Under the pieces are notes generated by a model that did no database searches, had not been told where the DNA came from, and was given only the letters and a program-made list of their open reading frames with translations. A stretch of 64,000 nucleotides of DNA from Mytilus trossulus (lineage: Eukaryota). Of this stretch, positions 63,701 through 64,000 are shown one piece after another; the first letter of the stretch is position 1, and every line of letters begins with the position of its first letter. The translations under genes and the position numbers were made by a program. The DNA is taken from assembly GCF_036588685.1 (NCBI RefSeq), contig NC_086381.1, positions 44,268,001-44,332,000 of the forward strand. The letters run 5' to 3'.

Positions 63701-64000
63701 ACAGACCACACAAGAGCTGAGTTCGCCGATAAAGTCATCATCTTTGATGAGTGATACAATACAGACTCCAATAGCAATGAGTTCCTCGATACAGTCATCA
63801 TTAGTGATGAGTGATGAAATACAAATTTCACCATTAATGGATTCATCTATCAAGTCATCATTAGTGATGAGTGATACACTTCAAACTTCTCCAGTAACAG
63901 TAACGGAGTCAACAATACAAACTTCGCCAGAGATGAGTTCAGCGATAGAGTCGTCATTGGTGACAAATAATACAAGACAGACTTCTGTATTGCTGGATTC
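57754..64000 (+). CDS. Giant exon encoding a Ser/Thr-rich mucin-like repeat protein (>2080 aa, runs off the window)
   Basis: Acceptor tttgtttatttcag, then AASTSVLDGKNESIPAPRPMSLQQ... The same frame holds at both ends, and the ORF track has no plus-strand ORF terminating here, consistent with no stop. ~20 aa repeats such as SSTIESSSVMSDTIQTSPVM. Confidence 0.88.
58630..64000 (+). repeat. Degenerate 60 bp coding tandem repeat
   Basis: Consensus-like agttcaacgatagagtcatcatcagtgatgagtgatacaatacagacttcaccagtgatg, visible as vertical alignment in the 60-nt lines. Confidence 0.95.

Noticed and set aside
57968-63853. Minus-strand Asp/Ile/Val/Cys-rich ORFs in the track
   Set aside because: They are antisense shadows of the plus-strand coding repeat, broken by many stops while the plus frame stays open.

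Overview
AT-rich eukaryotic (intron-containing) DNA; the repeat families suggest a bivalve, probably Mytilus-like (inference). From left to right: (1) a near-identical ~2.68 kb tandem array (1-12318); (2) a complete 9-exon short-chain dehydrogenase gene resembling HSD17B14 (12898-20879); (3) an apparently intact, very young 12.8 kb Ty3/Gypsy endogenous-retrovirus-like element (22561-35353) with two 1609 bp LTRs, a 4 bp TSD, gag and pol in one frame separated by a single TAG, an integrase ending in a chromodomain, an F-type env, and an unexpected fourth ORF encoding an SGNH-hydrolase-like protein. Each LTR carries a perfect 66 bp internal duplication bracketing a potential 979 nt intron; (4) a 2-exon gene for a secreted Asn/Gln/Trp-rich repeat protein (36342-38099); (5) a repeat-rich zone with a foldback element, a tRNA-derived SINE, Penelope-like RT relics (one with an in-frame TGA at an expected Cys position, a downstream SECIS and a twister-like ribozyme) and hammerhead-ribozyme retrozyme-like repeats; (6) two exons of a giant Ser/Thr-rich mucin-like gene whose second exon is open for >6.2 kb to the window end. 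All calls are by eye; no alignments, folding or database searches were run.
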